A stretch of 20,635 nt of DNA from Deltaproteobacteria bacterium. GTDB taxonomy: Bacteria > SAR324 > NAC60-12. The translations under genes and the position numbers were made by a program. Below are positions 17,259-20,635 of the stretch, in pieces. The stretch covers positions 1 through 20,635 of the forward strand of contig JAYOTF010000046.1 in assembly GCA_038150265.1 (NCBI GenBank), in the 5' to 3' direction. Below the pieces are notes generated by a model. The model saw only the letters and a program-made list of their open reading frames with translations. It ran no database searches and had not been told where the DNA came from. How positions within the stretch are numbered: the first letter of the stretch is position 1; every line of letters begins with the position of its first letter.

Positions 17259-18203
17259 TCAGGCGTTGGCCAGAACCGCCTCCGGGTTTTCCAGAAACTG
17301 GGTGCGGCAACCCGCGCAACAGAAGTAATACGCCTGTCCCTTGTACTCCGCCTGATGCCTGGCTGAGGCGATGGTCACACTCATCCCGCAGATGGGGTCG
17401 GTGGCGGTTTCCTGTTCCAGCAGCTCCGTGGCTTCTCGGGAAATCAGCAGCGGGGGCTGCGTCCGGAAGACCTGAATGATCTCAGCAAGGATGCTGACGG
17501 CAATTTCAGCAGGAGAGTGCGCCGAGATGTCGAGCCCGGCAGGCGTCCGGAGCTGCGCCAGCCGTTCGGGGGCCAGGCCCTGTCGCTCCAGGTACTCCTG
17601 AAGGGCCTGGGCCTTCTTGCGACTGCCAATGAAGGCCACATACGGAACTTCGGTCCGCAGGGCCTGCTCCAGGGACACTTCGTCGTCTTCCCCCTGTGTG
17701 GCAACAACGAGGTAGGTGGTGGCATTGACCCCGAGCTTCTCCAGCTGGGGCGCGCCGGAGCAGCAGGAGGTGGGGATCTCTTCCGGAACACTGTAACCGA
17801 TCTCCCGGGCCAGCCGCTTCAGGTGGTTGCCCACCGGGGAGTTCCCCAGCACCACCACCTGCGGTTCCGGGAGCACGGGCTCAATGTACACATCCAGGGC
17901 ACCGCCGCTGTGGCAGGTCATCTCGTACTGCGTGACGCCTTCCAGGGGCTGTGCCGAGCCAGACGGGTTGACTGCGATCATCCGGGGTTTGCCCTCCCGG
18001 AGCGCCATCAGGGCCTCCTTGACCACCAGCGGGTGCGTGCAGCCTCCGCCGATCCAGCCGTGGAGGGTGCCGTCCTGATGAATGATGGCCTTGTCTCCAG
18101 GCTTCCCGGAAATGGGCTTGCCGTGCCGGACGACAATGGCGTGGGCAAAGGGAACGCGCTGCTCCCGCAATTCCTGGGCATGCTTTAAGAATTGATCAAT
18201 CAT
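17259..18203 (-). CDS. coxF: XdhC/CoxF family maturation factor fused to C-terminal YHS (TRASH) domain (copy 1)
   Basis: XdhC motifs GWIGGGC, MTCHSGG, YVAFIGSRKK and PAGLDISAHSPAEIAVSILAEI. The C-terminal DPICGMSV...YKGQAYYFCCAGC...F..NPE is a YHS domain. ATGA overlap with coxE1. Confidence 0.88.
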   Translation of the reverse strand: MIDQFLKHAQELREQRVPFAHAIVVRHGKPISGKPGDKAIIHQDGTLHGWIGGGCTHPLVVKEALMALREGKPRMIAVNPSGSAQPLEGVTQYEMTCHSGGALDVYIEPVLPEPQVVVLGNSPVGNHLKRLAREIGYSVPEEIPTSCCSGAPQLEKLGVNATTYLVVATQGEDDEVSLEQALRTEVPYVAFIGSRKKAQALQEYLERQGLAPERLAQLRTPAGLDISAHSPAEIAVSILAEIIQVFRTQPPLLISREATELLEQETATDPICGMSVTIASARHQAEYKGQAYYFCCAGCRTQFLENPEAVLANA

Positions 18204-19342
18204 AACAGCTTCTCCAAATCAAGAAGGCTTTCCAGGTTGTGGGCGGCGACAAAGGCATCCACCCAGGGCAAGGCCGCCTGCATGCCGGCGGTCACGGGTT
18301 CGTAGCTTGCGGTGCCCAGCATGGGGTTGAGCCAGATGGTCTTGAGGACCCGTCCGTGGAAGCGCCGCATCTGCTGTCCGAGCAACTCCGGGTCTCCGGT
18401 GTCATAGCCGTCACTGAGGATCAGGACGATGGTGTTCCGGGAGAGCAGCGGCCGGGCGTGGACCTCATGGAACTGGTGGAGGCATTCGCCGATGCGGGTG
18501 CCGCTGGACCACGCCTCCTCGCGTTCCGAGAGCTTGCGGAGGGATTCCGGAAACTGACGGGTCCGGAGCTTTTCCGAGATGGCGGTGAGGCGGGTGCTGA
18601 AGAGAAAGGCGTCCATGCGCCGGAAGTTCTGCTGCAGGGCATGCAGGAAGCGCAGAAAGAAGAGGCTGTACTGGTCCATGGACCCACTGATGTCGAGCAG
18701 CACCACGAGCCCGGGCTTGCGCAGCTTGCGGGTCCGGTAGCTCAGCTGCAGGGGCTCCCCCCCATGCTGCAGGTTCTGACGAAACGTCCGACGCAGGTGC
18801 AGCTTGCCCTCCCGGACCGAGGGCTTGAGGCGCCGAGAGAGGCGGGCGCTGAGCTGCTCCGAAAGGCGTTGCGTCAGGCGCTCAAGCTCCTCCATCTGCG
18901 CCATGGGGACCTTTGAAAAATCCGTCTTGCGCAGCGCTTCCTGAAGGCTGGCTCCCGAGACCTCCTGATCCTCGCGGACGGAGTCGCTCTGGCCCTCGCT
19001 GGAGTTCATGAAGGTCAGCAGCGAGCGGCTCTCCCGGGTGACGACGCCCAGTGGGTTGACCTTCTTGTTGCGGTTGGAGCGCGGGTAGGGGACCGGCTCA
19101 GTGGACCAGTAGGCCTCAAAGAGCGGGTCAAATGCCTCCAGGTCCTGCTGCGAGGTGCAGAACAGGGCACGGAGGCTCTCCCGGACGTAGGACTTGCGGT
19201 GAAGCGGACCCATCCGGAGGGCCTCCAGGGCGGCATGCGCCTCCGAGACCCCAATCCGGAAGCCCTGCTCGCGGGCCTGCCGGCAGAACTCCAGCAGCGC
19301 CACCGGGAGGCTCTCGTGCTGCCAGAAGACGGGGGCCCGCAT
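18200..19342 (-). CDS. coxE: CoxE-family VWA domain protein (copy 1)
   Basis: MIDAS DISGS, AFLFSTRL, WSSGTRIG, LSDGYDTG, WLNPM and AHNLESL. The start is moved to ATG 19342, which gives a TGATG overlap with the coxD1 stop. Confidence 0.9.
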   Translation of the reverse strand: MRAPVFWQHESLPVALLEFCRQAREQGFRIGVSEAHAALEALRMGPLHRKSYVRESLRALFCTSQQDLEAFDPLFEAYWSTEPVPYPRSNRNKKVNPLGVVTRESRSLLTFMNSSEGQSDSVREDQEVSGASLQEALRKTDFSKVPMAQMEELERLTQRLSEQLSARLSRRLKPSVREGKLHLRRTFRQNLQHGGEPLQLSYRTRKLRKPGLVVLLDISGSMDQYSLFFLRFLHALQQNFRRMDAFLFSTRLTAISEKLRTRQFPESLRKLSEREEAWSSGTRIGECLHQFHEVHARPLLSRNTIVLILSDGYDTGDPELLGQQMRRFHGRVLKTIWLNPMLGTASYEPVTAGMQAALPWVDAFVAAHNLESLLDLEKLL

Positions 19343-20232
19343 CAGGCGGCTTCCTGCAGGAACGTCTCGAGCCCGAGGCTCCGGACGGCCTCCATGTCTT
19401 CCGTGGACTTGAGGACGCATCCCAGGGTCCGTTCAAAGGTGGCGGCGTCCAGCTCCTGCTTCTGCAGCGTCACCAACGCCTGCGCCCAGTCCAGCGTCTC
19501 GGCGACTCCGGGAGACTTGCTGAGGCGCAGCTCCCGGAGGGCCTGGATGCAGTGGACGGTTTGCTGGGCCAGTTGGGCCGCAACCTGCGGCATCCGTTTC
19601 TGCAGGATCGCCTGCTCCTTGGCCGCATCCGGGTAGGTGATCCAGTGGTAGAGGCAGCGGCGCTTGAGGGCGTCACTCAGCTCTCGGGTCCGGTTGGAGG
19701 TCAGGATGACCCGGGGCCGGTGCCGGGCGGTGAGGGTGCCCAGCTCCGGAATCGTGATCTGGAAGGCCGAGAGCAGCTCCAGCAAAAACGCCTCAAACTC
19801 CTCATCGGCCCGGTCCACTTCGTCAATCAGCAGCACCGGCGCCTGGTCCTGGGCCCGGATCGCCTGCAGCAGGGGGCGTTCCAGGAGGAAGGCCTCATTG
19901 AAGATCTCCTGCTCGCGTTGCTCCCGGGAGGTGGGCTCGGCGGAGTCCATGCGGATGGCCAGGAGCTGCTTGGGGTAATTCCACTCGTAAACGGCGCTGT
20001 TGATGTCCAGCCCCTCGTAGCACTGCAGGCGGATCAGCTGCGTGTCCAGGGCCTGCGCCAGGGTTTGGGCCAATTCGGTCTTTCCCACTCCAGAGGGGCC
20101 TTCCAGCAAAATGGGCTTGCCCATCTGCAGGAGCAGGAAGACGGAGGTGGCCAGGGCCTCATCGACAACGTATCCGGATTGGTCCAGGAGCGCTGTGACC
20201 GCGTCCGGGTCGGCAGGAAGATGGGGGTTCAT
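19342..20232 (-). CDS. coxD: CoxD-family MoxR AAA+ ATPase (copy 1)
   Basis: Walker A GPSGVGKT, RLQCYEG, LLIDEVDRADEEFEAFLLE, KRRC and PGVAETLDW. It sits in the canonical position right after coxL. Start taken at ATG 20232. Confidence 0.92.
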   Translation of the reverse strand: MNPHLPADPDAVTALLDQSGYVVDEALATSVFLLLQMGKPILLEGPSGVGKTELAQTLAQALDTQLIRLQCYEGLDINSAVYEWNYPKQLLAIRMDSAEPTSREQREQEIFNEAFLLERPLLQAIRAQDQAPVLLIDEVDRADEEFEAFLLELLSAFQITIPELGTLTARHRPRVILTSNRTRELSDALKRRCLYHWITYPDAAKEQAILQKRMPQVAAQLAQQTVHCIQALRELRLSKSPGVAETLDWAQALVTLQKQELDAATFERTLGCVLKSTEDMEAVRSLGLETFLQEAA

Positions 20233-20264
20233 GAATTCACTCCGCGGTTGAAGGGAAGACAAGG

Positions 20265-20284
20265 GGGGAGGGCGAACCCTCCCC
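20265..20284 (-). terminator. GC-rich stem-loop after coxL (partial terminator or mRNA-stabilising hairpin)
   Basis: On the minus strand GGGGAGGG-TTCG-CCCTCCCC forms a perfect 8-bp stem 12 nt after the coxL stop. It is followed by a pyrimidine-rich tract rather than a clean poly-U. Confidence 0.6.
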
Positions 20285-20296
20285 GCACTCAGGGAA

Positions 20297-20635
20297 TCAG
20301 GAGACGACGCCCTTGTCCTTGAGAATCTGCCACACCTTGTAGGGGGTGATGGGGATGTCCACGTGCTTCACACCGAGGTGTGCGAGGGCATCGACCACGG
20401 CATTGGCAATGGCCGGAGGGGCTCCCACGGTAGGAGACTCCGCCAGGCCCTTGGCCCCAATCGGGTGGTGGGGGCAGGGAGTGATCGTGTGATCCGTCTC
20501 CCAGGCCGGGGTCTCCACAGCGGTGGGCAGGAGGTAGTCCATGAAGGTGCCGTTGAGGATGTTCCCCTCCTCGTCGTAGACCAGCTCCTCAAACATGGCA
20601 GGGGCCATGCCCATGGTCAGGCCTCCGTGCACCTG
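20297..20635 (-). CDS. coxL: Aerobic CO dehydrogenase large subunit, C-terminal part (gene runs off the window)
   Basis: QVHGG...MDYLLPTAVETPAWETDHTITPCPHHPIGAKGLAES is a xanthine-oxidase-family C-terminus with the catalytic Glu, resembling form I CoxL. It is followed by coxD-E-F-G. Confidence 0.88.
   Translation of the reverse strand, partial: QVHGGLTMGMAPAMFEELVYDEEGNILNGTFMDYLLPTAVETPAWETDHTITPCPHHPIGAKGLAESPTVGAPPAIANAVVDALAHLGVKHVDIPITPYKVWQILKDKGVVS

Noticed and set aside
19132..20322. 396-aa plus-strand ORF resembling the 12243-13340 ORF
   Set aside because: The similarity simply mirrors the two coxD paralogues on the opposite strand.

Overview
GC-rich chromosomal window from a diderm (Gram-negative) bacterium, with no mobile element, rRNA, tRNA or CRISPR array. 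The left half (1-11124) is housekeeping and envelope genes: a short intergenic tandem repeat, tolA-tolB-small HNH nuclease (minus), HU (plus), a membrane-anchored hypothetical protein coupled to PBP1A (minus), then a small secreted protein, a DUF218/YdcF protein and carB (plus). The right half (11129-20635, all minus) is the distal part of an aerobic [MoCu] carbon monoxide dehydrogenase (cox) cluster: coxL (3' end, form I-like) - coxD1 - coxE1 - xdhC/coxF1 fused to a YHS domain - AT-rich putative promoter - coxG - mocA - xdhC/coxF2 - sufS - sufU - coxD2 - coxE2. The most notable feature is the duplicated CoxD/CoxE/XdhC maturation set. One set carries a Cys-rich YHS metal-binding domain (possibly copper). 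The other is translationally coupled to a SufS-SufU pair with no sufBCD in the window. This suggests separate copper and sulfur arms for building the Mo-S-Cu active site. That model is inference, and its novelty cannot be verified without database searches.
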